This document shows, piece after piece, positions 39,581-51,689 of a stretch of DNA of 64,000 nt. The stretch comes from Sphyrna mokarran (Eukaryota): the NCBI GenBank assembly GCA_024679065.1, contig JAGIQG010000006.1:75702001-75766000 (forward strand), given 5' to 3'. Each line of letters begins with the position of its first letter. The first letter of the stretch is position 1. Below the pieces are notes generated by a model. The model was given only the letters and a program-made list of their open reading frames with translations, was not told the origin of the DNA and did not search any database. The translations under genes and the position numbers were made by a program.

Positions 39581-40706
39581 TAAATTAGATCCAGCAGATA
39601 AGAAGCTTGTGATGTTGAATGCCTCCATGTTACACACAAAAAAACTCACTAATCATTAACCTTCAAACTGGTGCTTAAGTGTTGGAGTTTGGTCTTGATG
39701 ATGTACTGATGTGGCATTCAGATAATTGGGCATGACTGCATGTTTCTGGAGAGCTTATCATTCTGTTAATATACTCACAAGCATTAGCTATGGAAACCTT
39801 TAGAAGGTATGATATTCCTGAGGCTGGACTTCATTCCAGAAACATAGCTCAGCAGGGCTCCAGGCATAATGTCTTGTCACAATGTGGCCCTGACCCTGTC
39901 CAAAGGTGAAGTGTATGATAGGGTTAGTGGGTCAGGAAACTTTGTGCAATGATATCTGACTGATTGTTCCAGTCAAAGTGAGCCTAAGTATAAAAGAATC
40001 TGTTTGTTGTCATTAAGAGACTGGTATTTCCTTAAGTTCTGTACACCATTTCCATCAAGATCTCATTGTGTTGGTGTGTTTCATACTAGTGGCATGTAAA
40101 GTAGAATTGTGGCATTTCTGAGCCAGCAGTTCTACTCTTCCACTGATACCTGTGTGGAGTGGATCAGATACAAGAACTGTCAACAAGCACTTCTAATGGA
40201 AATTTGTACCTGATAAAATAAAGAGACAAATCCTTGGTGCAATCAGATCCTGCTGCAATCTCAGCTATCCAACCCTTATGCATTACCAGAATTTGCCTTG
40301 CTCCCCATTCCGAAGAATCCAGAGCTTCAGTATTCAGAAAGCTTTTCCATTAAGAAATGTAAGTGACGATGTAATGTTCTGTAGGGTTACTCCCACTCAT
40401 CTGCTTCAATGAATGAGTAACAGAAGCCCTGGAAAAGCAACTTAAAATTCATCACCATAATAACTAAAACTTTGCTGTAATTAAAGCATCTTAACATTGT
40501 TATGCCTTCTGGTTCCCAAGAGGTTCAAAGTAATTACGCTTAACACTTAAAAATGCTGAGGTTTTATCAATTATATTTTTTGCATCTCTCCATGTGGCCG
40601 ATATATTGTTATACAGCACACATCTGCTATGAAAATGAATGTGACATCGAGGATGTGTGCTCAGATGGGTTTGTTCTTAATTCCTTGCAAATAATGTAAC
40701 ATAACA

Positions 40707-41670
40707 GGGGCAATTCTCCCAGCCTGCTGCACTGTTCTAGCAGAACAACAAGCTGGGAGACATTAGCAGAGACCATTTAGTAGGCTCCCCCACTGGGCAA
40801 CACGGCCTCCGCATGTCTCAGGCTCTGAGATTTTTAGAGTCATCAGCTCCGCACCAATTTCTGGTGCGGAGCTGATTTAAACATTTAAATTATCATTTCA
40901 ATGCCATTAGCAGGCCTAGAAACCTCCGGGTCTGTGAATAACTTCCCTCCCTCCACCAGAAGTAGTTCCTTCCACCAGAATTTACAACTTATAGCCATGA
41001 ACGGGGAGCAGGCAGCCCACCTCTTCTGTAGTGATAGAGGCCATAGAGGCCCCCAGGAGGTTGGGATAAAGAGGAGGTACTCCCTGGATTGTGCCAACCT
41101 GGCACAGCCTGGCCCCAGCAATGCAACAACTTGGCACTGCCCACTAGAAATTGGGCACTGTCAAGAGGAGGGCAGGGCTATTGGGAGGGCCAATGGGGGG
41201 AGTTCAGTAGGGGTGGGGGGGTACCCACTGCCATTCTGCAGAGGGATTGGTGGCAGAGGAAAGGAGAGAGGTGATCAGGGCTCAGCATCCAGGTTGGGGC
41301 GATGGGGGTTCGACCTGCCAGGGAGGTCGGGACTGCTGGGGGAACTGGGGGGGGGGGGGGTGTTAGCGGAGGTCAGGGAGATCTGGGCTGGCCCAGAGAG
41401 CTCCAGGAAGCCAGTGACCACAGAGGGGGGGAGGTCAATGCTCAGCAATGCAAAGTGGCAAGGCTTGTCAGTTGGGAGGCCAGCAATGCGGGACCACTGA
41501 GCATGCACTGATCTCGGCACTGACAGATGGGCACATGCTCAGTGTCCTGCTCAGTGCTCTGCTGCCAGCCTCTCCAGCGGGTATAAGCCCCATCCCTGAT
41601 TTTCAGAGTGGACCTCACTCAGGTACTAAAAACCAGGGTTGATTATCCAGCTTGATACTAACATTTTAAA
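40707..41670 (+). mobile_element. Harbinger-type MITE copy C (right end disrupted)
   Basis: Starts GGGGCAATTCTCCC. Has a perfect 15-bp hairpin at 40842-40876 and a G14 run. Confidence 0.75.
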
Positions 41671-42170
41671 ATTCTTTCATGGGATTTGGGCATCACTGGT
41701 GACGTCAGCATGTTTTATTTAACTAATCTATCTAACTCTTCCAATCATTAACTTTTTTTTTAAGATTAAAAGCTTCTGTAAATAAACTGAACATCTTAAG
41801 AGTATTTTATACTTGTTTTGTGTTCCTAAAATATTATTCCCGGTATTGCTCAGATGGTAGAATGTTGTGGCTCTATTTTGTAGATTTGGAATTAATCACT
41901 GTCTCTGGTGAGTTGACAGGCTGCACAGGTGATGTTGTGTGTAGAAGATGTAGCTGGTATTGCTAATTTTGTGTCCCTTGCTGGTGATGCTGTTAATATT
42001 GCACAATTTGTTAGTGATACAGTTGATGTTATTTTACTGACTAGTGATACTGCTGATGTTGCTGGTGATTTTTTGTTGCTTTTTCAGCTCAAATACGGAT
42101 TCAGTTGTTTCTCATTTGCTTAGTGGTTTCAGTCTCAGTGATGGATATGACTGCAGATGTGACAATATCT

Positions 42171-42196
42171 GAGAGAGAGAGAGAGAGAAAGAGAGA
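42171..42196. repeat. (GA)n microsatellite
   Basis: gagagagagagagagagaaagagaga. Confidence 0.9.
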
Positions 42197-43021
42197 TTGT
42201 CCTTTCGGAGTAATCTTTTTGTATTTCAGGATGTGCAGCATTCTAAAGACCCGTTGTTTTGATTCCTATAGAGATCAATCATGTTTAAAAAGAAATTCAA
42301 ACTTCTTATAATAGCTGGAGCTATGGCACATCAAGATTTCATGTTTTAAGATTTTTACTGAAACAGATAACTAAAAACACTACTGACTGAACACTACTTT
42401 TGTAGGAAATTTATACTTTGAACTACAGAAAGGAATGCCTCCTTTTTTAATTAACGCATATTAGACTCTCTACACAAAATTCAGTCCTTAGAACAAACAG
42501 TTCATTGTTGATCCCAGCTTCCAATGGATAGATCTTTCCCATTCCATTGAATAGTTATTTTGAGTGACCACATCCAGAGGCTTGCCCTAGTTTTCTGAGA
42601 GTTTCCTAAATCCACTACCAGTTGTTAAGCCTGTCATCTTTGGTAATACTTAGATGAATTTCCTAGATGCCTTAGCTGACAACAGGTTGCAGCTCTTTGA
42701 CAAGAGACTGTCTCCCTCCTGCATTCAGCTATTTTAGTCCACAGAGCCATGCATTCTCTTCTCTCTGTTGATGGTGCAAAGCTGCCAGCTGTTTGTAACA
42801 TTCATTTGTTTGCAGGGATTCCCGTAACCTGCTCTTTTCAGTGACTTCCTTGGCATCCTTCTCTATGGTGACATGAATCATATGGACCATGTATCTAAGA
42901 AGAAATGCTAATTAACTATAGTTTGGAACCCAACTGTTTCAACTTGGAACTACATGGGCAGTTCAAAGCACACCTATTTTCAACACAACATTCTAATTTT
43001 TTGCGGACTTTGGAGGCTCAC

Positions 43022-43700
43022 ATGGCCCAATTTTACCATCATGTTGCACCCATTTTTATGTGCGGAAATGTGGTAAAGTCGGATGTGGGGTGAATAGCAT
43101 GATCTGCGCCCACCTCTATGCCAGTTCCCCCTATACCAAAGCTCCAAAATAGCCATGATCAGGAGTGCCTGAAATGGTGTGACAGCCATCTGAATGCATT
43201 GATATGCATTTAGATTGACTTCATTGGCTGCATGGCGGACTTAAACGGCACTTCCCCCTTTACCACCGCATTCACCAATCCAAAATTAGTGCAAAATAGA
43301 CATGCTCCATAATTGTCTGGTCCAGGCGCTCCATTAGTGAGGGTTAGTGAGGAGGTAAATGCTTAGCATCCAAAGGCTCTCTGCCACTTACAGGGGTCCT
43401 TTTCTTGCAGAAGTTTTGTTTTTCAGATTGCTAGGGGCTCTGCGAGTGTGAGTGGGGGGGCTTTTGCTCAGCAGGGTGTCCGATGTCCGATTTGCAGCAC
43501 GGACCCAGATCTCAGCACTGACTCGGATTTTTGAAGGCTGCTGCATCCTAGTGAACTGAGCACTTTGCCAACTCAAGCATGTGCAAAATTGCACTGCTGC
43601 AAGTTTTGAACTTTTCAAGGAGCTATGTTTCTGGGGAGCGTGTGAGTGGGATAATGGGGAGTCTGCTGCCACTCTGCCTGAGATCAGTGGGGAGGAAGGG
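43022..43700. mobile_element. MITE-like element (Harbinger-type, truncated)
   Basis: Begins GGCCCAATTTTACC, with an internal GGTAAA inverted motif and a GC-rich core like the other MITEs. Confidence 0.45.
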
Positions 43701-44074
43701 GGAGTCTAAGTCCACCAAGTACTCAGAATCAAAATGGTAAAATAAGACCCACAGCCTTCACTGTTAACACACAGGCTGCTGCCAGTATCTCAAGGTGTAA
43801 ATATTTCCCAGTAAACTAATATAGGCTTCACTTTCAAACAAATGCCTCATGCTTCCTGTCAAGAAGACTTCAGAACAGGCCACATGACTCCCTTAATTTT
43901 TTGTTAAATTTAAAATAGTCTTAAAACATAACAAATTAAAAATCTCAAAATTGTAACAAAGCCTTTCATCTATGTTTTAAGTTTACATTTTCTGGCTACA
44001 TTTTTCAATCTTGTGAAATTGGCAACCTAACTCTGACCTCAGGCTTGTAAATCATTTTAATAGATCCACCGAAT

Positions 44075-44394
44075 TATAAAATCCCTACAATACAGAAGAA
44101 GGTCATTCAGCCCATCAAGGCTGTATCTACAATAATCATACCCAGGCCCTACCTCCATAATCCCACATTTTTACTCTGCTAATCCCCAACACTATGGGAT
44201 AATTTAACATGGCCAATCAACCTAACTTGTCCATCTTTGGACTGTGGAAGAAAACCGGAACATCCAGAGGAAACCCTCGGATTCGCGGAGAGAATGTGCA
44301 AACTCCACATAGTCACCCGAAACCAGATTTGAACCCAGAGCCCTAGTGCTGTAAGGCAGGTAGCAGCGCTAAGCACAGTGCCACTGTCTTGCCC
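44075..44394 (-). mobile_element. HE1-type V-SINE (tail type A)
   Basis: Head GGGCAAGACAGTGGCACTGTGCTTAGCGCTGCT, V-domain and tail GGGCTGAATGACCTTCTTCTGTATTGTAGGGATT. Confidence 0.8.
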
Positions 44395-46199
44395 TGATCC
44401 GATAATTTGACTGAGGCTGAAAATGTGAGCTTCATTTTACAGAACGTTTGTCTGGGTTTCTGCTGTCATTTTTACTTAGTCCTCACCAAATTAACCTAAT
44501 TAACTTTTTCTCTTGCCCTCAAAATGATGTTACTTTTTCTCTTTACAGCGCCTTTTATAAAACTATGAACATCAGTTTACACTTTTACTTAAACTTCTCA
44601 AATGATATAATCAACCTTTCAATTCATTCTGAGCAGGAACTGTGCACTTATTGTTGCAAAAAACAAACTGTTGGCCATTTTGTTTTTTGCATGATTCACT
44701 CAGTTTTTTGCTCTCATTCTGTCACTAAGTCAGGTTGATTTTTTTTTCAAAATAATTCAGTTAAAGTTGGGTTTGGTCACCTAAACCTGCTGCCACCATA
44801 TTTCTTATTTCTCTACATGGGACTGGTAGACTGATACATTGTTACTCAGCACTTGACTGCAGTGCAACAATGAATGCGGCATCTTGAGATAGTTTTTAGA
44901 TAACAATTAATTCTTGGTTCTTTATGAATAATATAATACAACAATATATCATTGCTTTACCTTAGTAGCAGGTCTGCAGGCGGCATATGGCACATCAAAT
45001 ATCAGTAGTGTTTAAAGCTACGTATTCAACTTCGTCTTCAATGACAGAATGGCTACAAATCTCTTAACATCTGTATGGGCTGTCACATAGTGCTTGAACT
45101 GAAAGTAGGAGGTCTGAAGAGATCCTAGAAACAGATGTTAAGAATAAAATTACACCAGTCATATAGAATTTTATCCAAGTATAAGTTCATCTATGTGCTA
45201 CTTCAGCATATTGCTTTTTCAGATTGAATTCTCCCTTTTTTGCTTTAACAATACCATTTACATTACTTAATTAAACAGCAAATTAGAAATCCATCCAAAC
45301 ATGTCACCAATCTGACAAGCGTTCACTGAGGAATTTCAACCCATTCAAATATAGCGTCACAGAATAAACACATGATTCACGTTCTGATCTGGTCATTGTG
45401 GATATCTCATCAGTGTGGATGTACATATAAAATGAGACAAGATATACAACATTGGCAATACTGTGCCAGAGGGAGTGTTGTGAAGTGGATGATGTTGGCA
45501 TCTGCTTTTGATCCCATCTGGAATTGGAGGATGTTACCACATTTATCTACTAACAGGAGTTGCCTATACTATTTATAGGTGTATTTTAGATATCCAACGA
45601 AGTAGAGAAGACGTAAAAACTTGTTCTGATGTGGGTGTAAGAGCAGTAACAATGAAATAATGCAAAGTGGGAAAGGAGGAATTGATTTGTCAAGTACATG
45701 ATTAAGATCCAGCGCTTAAATTAATGGTGAATTTTGTTAATGCACAATAGCTTTCACCATGTGTTTATGAAACAAATTGATGTTCTCTTGTCCATTTATA
45801 CACATCCCCTTCATCCAAACCTTCTGAAATCATCGGAGTCTCAATTTAACTGTCTGAAACTGAACTGTAATTTATTTGTTCAGACAGCAGTTTCATTCCA
45901 AGACAATTACAGAATTACAGATGTTTTTAATATAACACTTGAAACTTTTTTCTATTATAAGCTCATTGTTTTGATTTCATCATCAATTTCACAAGATCTT
46001 AATCAAGAAAGTAATGTCTTTTGCAATTGCTATATTGTTATATTCCCTGGGCTCAGTTCTTTCATCAACATCACTGGTAAGGTTCTTATAGGGATGAAGT
46101 TTCATGGAGGTCACAAAACAACATGCAACGGATAGTTGTGAATAGAGTTTTGTTTTTATTTCTTCACTCATGAGTTATTAGTGTTACTGACCAGTTGAC

Positions 46200-47040
46200 A
46201 TTTATTGTGCGCCCCTAATTGTCCTTGGAAAAGTGGAAATGAGCTGCCTTTTTGTAAATAGGAATCTGGCCCAGCAACTATGTAAGAACAGAGACACTCA
46301 AGTCATGATGGTGAGCGACTTGGAGGGGAGCTGGCAGGTGGTACTTTTTTTGTACCTGTTGCCCCAGTCTTTCCAGTTGCTAAAAGATGCAGATTTGGAA
46401 AGTGTTTTCAGAGAAACTTAGCAAGTGGTTGCAGTGCACTTTGTAGGTGGTCTACATTGTTACCACTATGCATTGGCAGTGGAGGGAGTAAATATCTATG
46501 GATGGGGTGCCAATCAAGTAGGCTTCTTGCCTTGAATAATGTTGAATTTCTTAAGTGATGTGGAGCTGCACTCATCCAGGCAAATGGGTTGCGCCTTGTA
46601 GATGGTGAAAAGACTTTAGGAATTCAGGCAGTAAGTTACTGACCGCAGGGTACTCAGCCTCTGCCCCGATTTTACAGCTATGGTATTTATGTGTCTGGTC
46701 CTGTTAAGTTTCTGGTTAATGGTAATCCTCAGGATATTGATGGTGGGGAAGTCAGTGGTAGTAATCCTGTAGAATATCAAGAGATTGTATTTAGAACCTT
46801 TGTTGTTAGAGATGGTCTTTCACTGGCCCTTAAAAAGGGAACTGAACATTTTGCAATTATTAGTGAATATGCCAATTTCTCACCTTCTAATTAAGGAAAA
46901 GTCATTGATGAAGAAGCATTAGAGCATTCACCATGTGTTTAAGAAACAAATTGATGTTCTCTGAAGAACTTTTATAGAAATGTCCAGGACCTGAAATAAT
47001 TGACCTCCTGTAACCAACTTCCTTTGTTCTAGTTATGATT
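46200..47040 (-). mobile_element. CR1-like LINE 3' fragment (same family as 38535-39580)
   Basis: Colinear similarity to the 2078-2430 and 38535-39250 tails. Confidence 0.65.
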
Positions 47041-47049
47041 CTTAAATAA

Positions 47050-48645
47050 GGGCAACCATGTGAACGTGAAAGCAGAGTTAACTGTAGTAATCTGAGACAT
47101 TAGGCTAGGGAATATACTAATAGAAAAGCATTCAAGGGGATATGTAGAATACTCAGAATAAGTATATTCCGATTATAAAAATTCTATCTATGACGACCCA
47201 CCATTTGCGGTTAACTGAAGAAGTTAAGGAAAGCATCAAACTAAAGGAAAAAGTATACAACCATGCAAAAATGAGTAGCAGGTCAGATAATTGCTCACAA
47301 TATAAAGATTGGCAGAGACTAACTGCAGAGAATGGGAGCATTTCAGTGGTAGGCACAATAACTCAGTAAGATTTAAGGTATATAAGGAAAAGAACAAAGA
47401 TGAACTGGAAATAAAGATTCTAAATTTGGGGAAGGCTGATTTTAATAGGATAAGATAGGGTCTGGCCAAAGTGGACTGGAAGCAGCTTCTAGGGAAATTC
47501 ACATCAGAACAGTGGGAGTCATTCACATAGAAAATAAAGAATGTTATGCCTGCCGCATAGTCTGTTTTAATCTTTATATGGTAGACAAATAATTGTGAGT
47601 AGACATCTTGTTAGTACAACCAATATTTATTTAAGACACACAACCAATAATCACCCACCCAACCAACAATAAGTTATCTTTACAGAAAATACTAGAGTTC
47701 AAGTTCAATACTAGACCTTGACTTAAATTTGCATGACTGGCAAGTATCCAAGCAGATATTGGCCTTTATTTGTGCGCTGGTCTCTGTCGTCCTCTGTGTA
47801 GCCTGGTTCTTTGGTTTGGTCTGGCACTTGGCTTGGTCTTACTTCCTTCTTGGGTGTGGTGACTCTCTTTGTGCCGGTTGTCTGTAGTGATGGTCACCGT
47901 TGTTGCAGCTCGCTCGTGGAGTCAGAGAGAGAGACAGGTTCTTGGTTGCTCAACATCCTTTTATATCTCATGGAGTTTTGCACCCTTTTTGGTAATTGCC
48001 AATCAATTGATCAAGACTCGATTACCCTGATTGATGTCCAATTGGGTGCTGCCACATCAATCTCTGGATCCCCAACGTCCATGTCTGCAGATGCTAGGAG
48101 ATACACACCTCCCTCCAAAATAAAGGGTTATAGTACCGCTATGTCTGGTAAACAACCCAGTTTGACCAGAAAGTCTCTTTTGTCCTGGAGATGACCCAAA
48201 CCCTGTGTATTCACCCGTCCGGAATGCAGCCTGTTTATCTTTTAGGCTGCAGCCTGCTGTTTTAGTTCTTGCCCAGTTGTCCCAGAGGGCTTTACAAATC
48301 ACCATTTTAGATGACCCGTTTGGGAGTACAATACCAAACTATTTATGTAAAGGTAAAGGGTGGGAACAACAAATCTAGAGAACTCTAGATATCAACGTGT
48401 ATAGACAGAGATACTTAGAGGGGATTTGATAAAAAGGGTTTTGGGAATCTGGAACTCTGCCTGAAAGGATGGTAGAGGCAGGAACCTTCACAACATTTAA
48501 GATGCATTTAGATGAATACTTGAAATGCCTTAGCGTACAAGGCAATGGACTAAGTATTGGAAAACGGGATTAGAATTGAGAGATGCTTGATGGCTGGCAC
48601 AGACATGATGGGCCACAGGCCTCTTTTTGTGCTGCAAAACTCTAT
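47050..48645 (+). mobile_element. CR1 LINE fragments interrupted by an LTR-like insert (~47542-48322)
   Basis: CR1-like ILNLGKADFNRIR.GLAKVDWKQLL at ~47415-47520 resumes at ~48323 and ends in a CR1 3' tail (gatgggccacaggcctc..tgtgctg) at ~48640. The insert begins TGTTATG and carries a minus-strand AATAAA. Confidence 0.55.
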
Positions 48646-49378
48646 AGGCGCAATGTTCCTGGCCCGCAGTGCTGCCTGAGTAGTACAGTGGGTCGGGAAA
48701 TGTTGTGGGGGGTGGTGGGGGGAGGCGGAAATGGTGGAGGGTGTTTGCTGTTAGTGGATGGTGGTGAATGGGGCTATAGCAGAACTCATTCGCTCGTCGT
48801 GACTTTCCCAAGCCATTTTTTTTCCCAGGCCAGAAACAGCGCAAGGCTGATCACCATATTTAAATCGCCATTTCAGTGTCATTAGTGAGCCCCGGATGGT
48901 ATCGTCAGGGCTCCTTAATGTTTTTATCCCCACTGGCAGAAGTTCCCACAAGTGAGGATTAAAGCTGGTTTCCATCAACGGGGACCGAGCATGATGGGAG
49001 GGCAAACAGGCCAAGGGGTTGGGGAGGCTGGTGATCGGGGAAGGGTTGGGGACAGCGGTTGCTCTTGGGGGGGGGGAGTTGGTAGGTTGAGGAAGCCATG
49101 GAAAGCCAGCAATCAGGAGGCCAGTGATGCGGAGACAGTGCACATGGACCAATCTTCCTACTGACAGATTGGCATGTGCGCAGCAGTCCGTTCAGTGTGC
49201 TGATATTGGTCTTGCAGGCAGTATTAGGCCCTGCCCTCCTCCACATCAGCATGAATCCCCTGGCAGACTCTTCAAAGTACAGATTTCAGGAAATTCAATA
49301 GACCAAAAAATGAACAGGAAATGCTCCTATTTTCCCACCAGTTGGGCACTTCATTTATTTTTGGCAAAATCATTCCTT
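48646..49378 (+). mobile_element. Harbinger-type MITE (related subfamily)
   Basis: Shares internal blocks (catatttaaat..cattag, gcatgtgcgcag..tcagtg.gct, gggcactt..tttttggcaaaat) with copies A-D. Confidence 0.6.
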
Positions 49379-49959
49379 AGGATTATACAGCTGAAAGGTA
49401 AAGCAGAAGAGTGAAAATGGATAGCAAGAGTTCTACAGGTACTAAAAAGGAAAAGAGTGATAAAATGAATGTTAGTCCTCTAGTGAGTGGCAAGGAGATT
49501 TAATAGATAATAAAGAAATGCAGATGAAATAAACAAATATTTTGCTTCTGTGTTCATTATAGAAGATACAAAAAACATTCCAATAATAGCTATAAATCAG
49601 GAGGTGAAAGATAGAGGAGAGCTTGGTGAAATTACAATAACTAAGGAATTGGTACTGAATGAAACTGATGAAATTGGAAGCTGAGAAGTCACTGGGTCCT
49701 GGCAGACTTCATTCCAAACCAGAAAATGATGATGATGTGCATGTTGTGATGAAAAGCGATAAACATCTGTTTCACACCATCAATCTCATGGAAAACATAA
49801 ATGCCATCACATTGACGTGTTTGCCAAGATTCAAATGATCTGTCCTATGAAAATTGGTAATTATTTCTTATTGGCCAAGATTAACGCAAAAGCGAGTGTC
49901 GGCATATGACCTCTGCCAATTTAAAAAATGTATCCACAGAGTTGGAAGGCCATGGTGAA

Positions 49960-50390
49960 GTCTACTGCTGTAAAAATTAGTGCCCAGTGGTTCACTAGTA
50001 TTAACTACAATTTTTAGTTCATTTGGTGTGCTTGTAGAGATCATTACAAAAAATCGCCAGCAATTTATCAGTAAGCCATTTCAGGATATTTGTGAGAAGT
50101 GGAATGTTGATCACATTACTTCTTGTATTTATTACCCTATATCTAGTGGCTTTGCTGATTGAATGATTTACTTGGTGAAATCTCTATTTCTCAAATGTAG
50201 ACTGACTGAATCAGATCTACATATTGCAGTGTCACATCTGAGAGCAACATCTTTAAGTGCAGCTATTCTATCACCAGCAGAGTTCATGTTTGATAGACCA
50301 GTGCATGCCAATTGACCTACTCTTACCCATTGTACTTTCTCAGAAACCAGATAACAACTTTAAAAACTACAAGAGAAGTTGATCAATGTA
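49960..50390 (+). mobile_element. Ty3/Gypsy integrase core fragment
   Basis: TIFSSFGVLVEIITKNRQQFISKPFQDICEKWNVDHITSCIYYPISSGFAD*MIYLVKSL...HLRATSLSAAILSPAEFMFDRP is a degenerate rve domain (FG.P..I.SDNG.QF; H.TSS..YPQSNG.AER; SPAEL.FGR). Confidence 0.8.
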
Positions 50391-51039
50391 CACAATAAAA
50401 ATGCAGGTGTAGAACTGCCAAGGTTGTGAGAATTAAAACCTCATATTGTATAGAGACATGCTCACTGCTACTACAATTTCTAATATTTAAAAATTGAATA
50501 CAGACCTTTAAAGTAACCAAAATCTGCCTGCGCACCCAATCTCCCCAAATAAACAAAGCTGCTTGGCAGACTTTGGAAAACTCCCACCTCATTATCTCTC
50601 AGGAGCCACTGACAACCACTTATGGACTATACAGCCCAAATTCAAACAAAACTATACAAAACCAACCTGCATTTAATTACCCAGGCTGGTCAGAAGGAGA
50701 AAGCTTGTCTGCTAAAGCAAAAGAGCCACAAAATTTCTTTCAATTCCTAATCGCTGAGATATTTAACAGTTTTTGGGATTCAGAGGAAGATACACATCTT
50801 TAGACAAAGACCTGATGCAGAGATGAGAGTCATGTGGCCTGAGTCTTTGGCTTGTGGAACAAATAATATTGCCATGTTGAATTGCATAAATTAGCAGCCT
50901 AACAGACATGGAACTTGGCCCAGTTTGGACACCTAACCTCATTTACCCAGCTTCTGTTAGAAATTTTGTGCCATCATCTACAGGGCTGATTCATCTCCAC
51001 ATGTCAACAGCACCAGAAGTCAACACCATCAGAAAAATG

Positions 51040-51560
51040 AATTAACCAGATAGCTATAAGTTATTTTACAAAGCTGAAGAATATTTTACTAGTAATAAAC
51101 CTCAATCTTGTAACGAAATCAAAAGATGCTATATTCTATCAATTTTCTTACATACCTCGGAAACCTGGACAATAAACAAAGATCTGTGGAAGGAAATAGA
51201 GATCTTTGAAATGAGGATGTTGATACATATGTTAAAAATTCCATATTTAGACCATTAGCGCAATGAAAAGGGGCTTGAAATTACAAATTACAAAAAAACT
51301 CTGAAAAAACATATCTCAGAAAAGAAAGTGTCAGTAGTTCAGCCATTTAGTCAAAGCTGAAAAGCTACAGTGATCTTTTCTAGAGGGAAAAGTGGAGGGC
51401 AGCAGAAAGCAGGGTCAACCTAGGTGTAGTTAGATGACAAACATCAAAGAGTGATTGCAGAAGAAGTATAGTGGATGTGGGAGGATGGCAGTAGACAGAT
51501 GAATGTAATATACCATGACAGCAGGTGTCCTACTTGAAGAGCTACAAGCAGCAGAATTAG
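51040..51560 (+). mobile_element. RTE-clade LINE ORF C-terminal fragment
   Basis: CYILSIFL..SETWTINKDLWKEIEIFEMRML..MLKIPYLDH*RNE...FSHL...LEGKVEGSRKQGQPR matches the RTE 'ETWT..FEM..LEGK.EG.R..GRPR' signature. Confidence 0.75.
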
Positions 51561-51689
51561 TGAGGAGGATGTTACAGTGTCGACTGGGTTGAGTGTGCCA
51601 TTAATGTGACCATGCCCTGGTGGTCCATCCAACTTTATTCTTATTTGTAGTGAATGGTTTCATATGACTGAATAGCTTTCTGGTCTTTA

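Noticed and set aside
40901-41500. 199-aa ORF (and similar GC-rich ORFs at 3807-4565, 13127-13836, 48530-49414, 61553-61985)
   Set aside because: They lie inside GC-rich MITE cores, ORFs are not conserved between copies, and they have no recognisable domains.
44960-45124. Antisense exon-like segment (ctgtttctAG ... aag|GTAAAG on the minus strand)
   Set aside because: All three frames contain stops and I could not identify a partner exon or homology.
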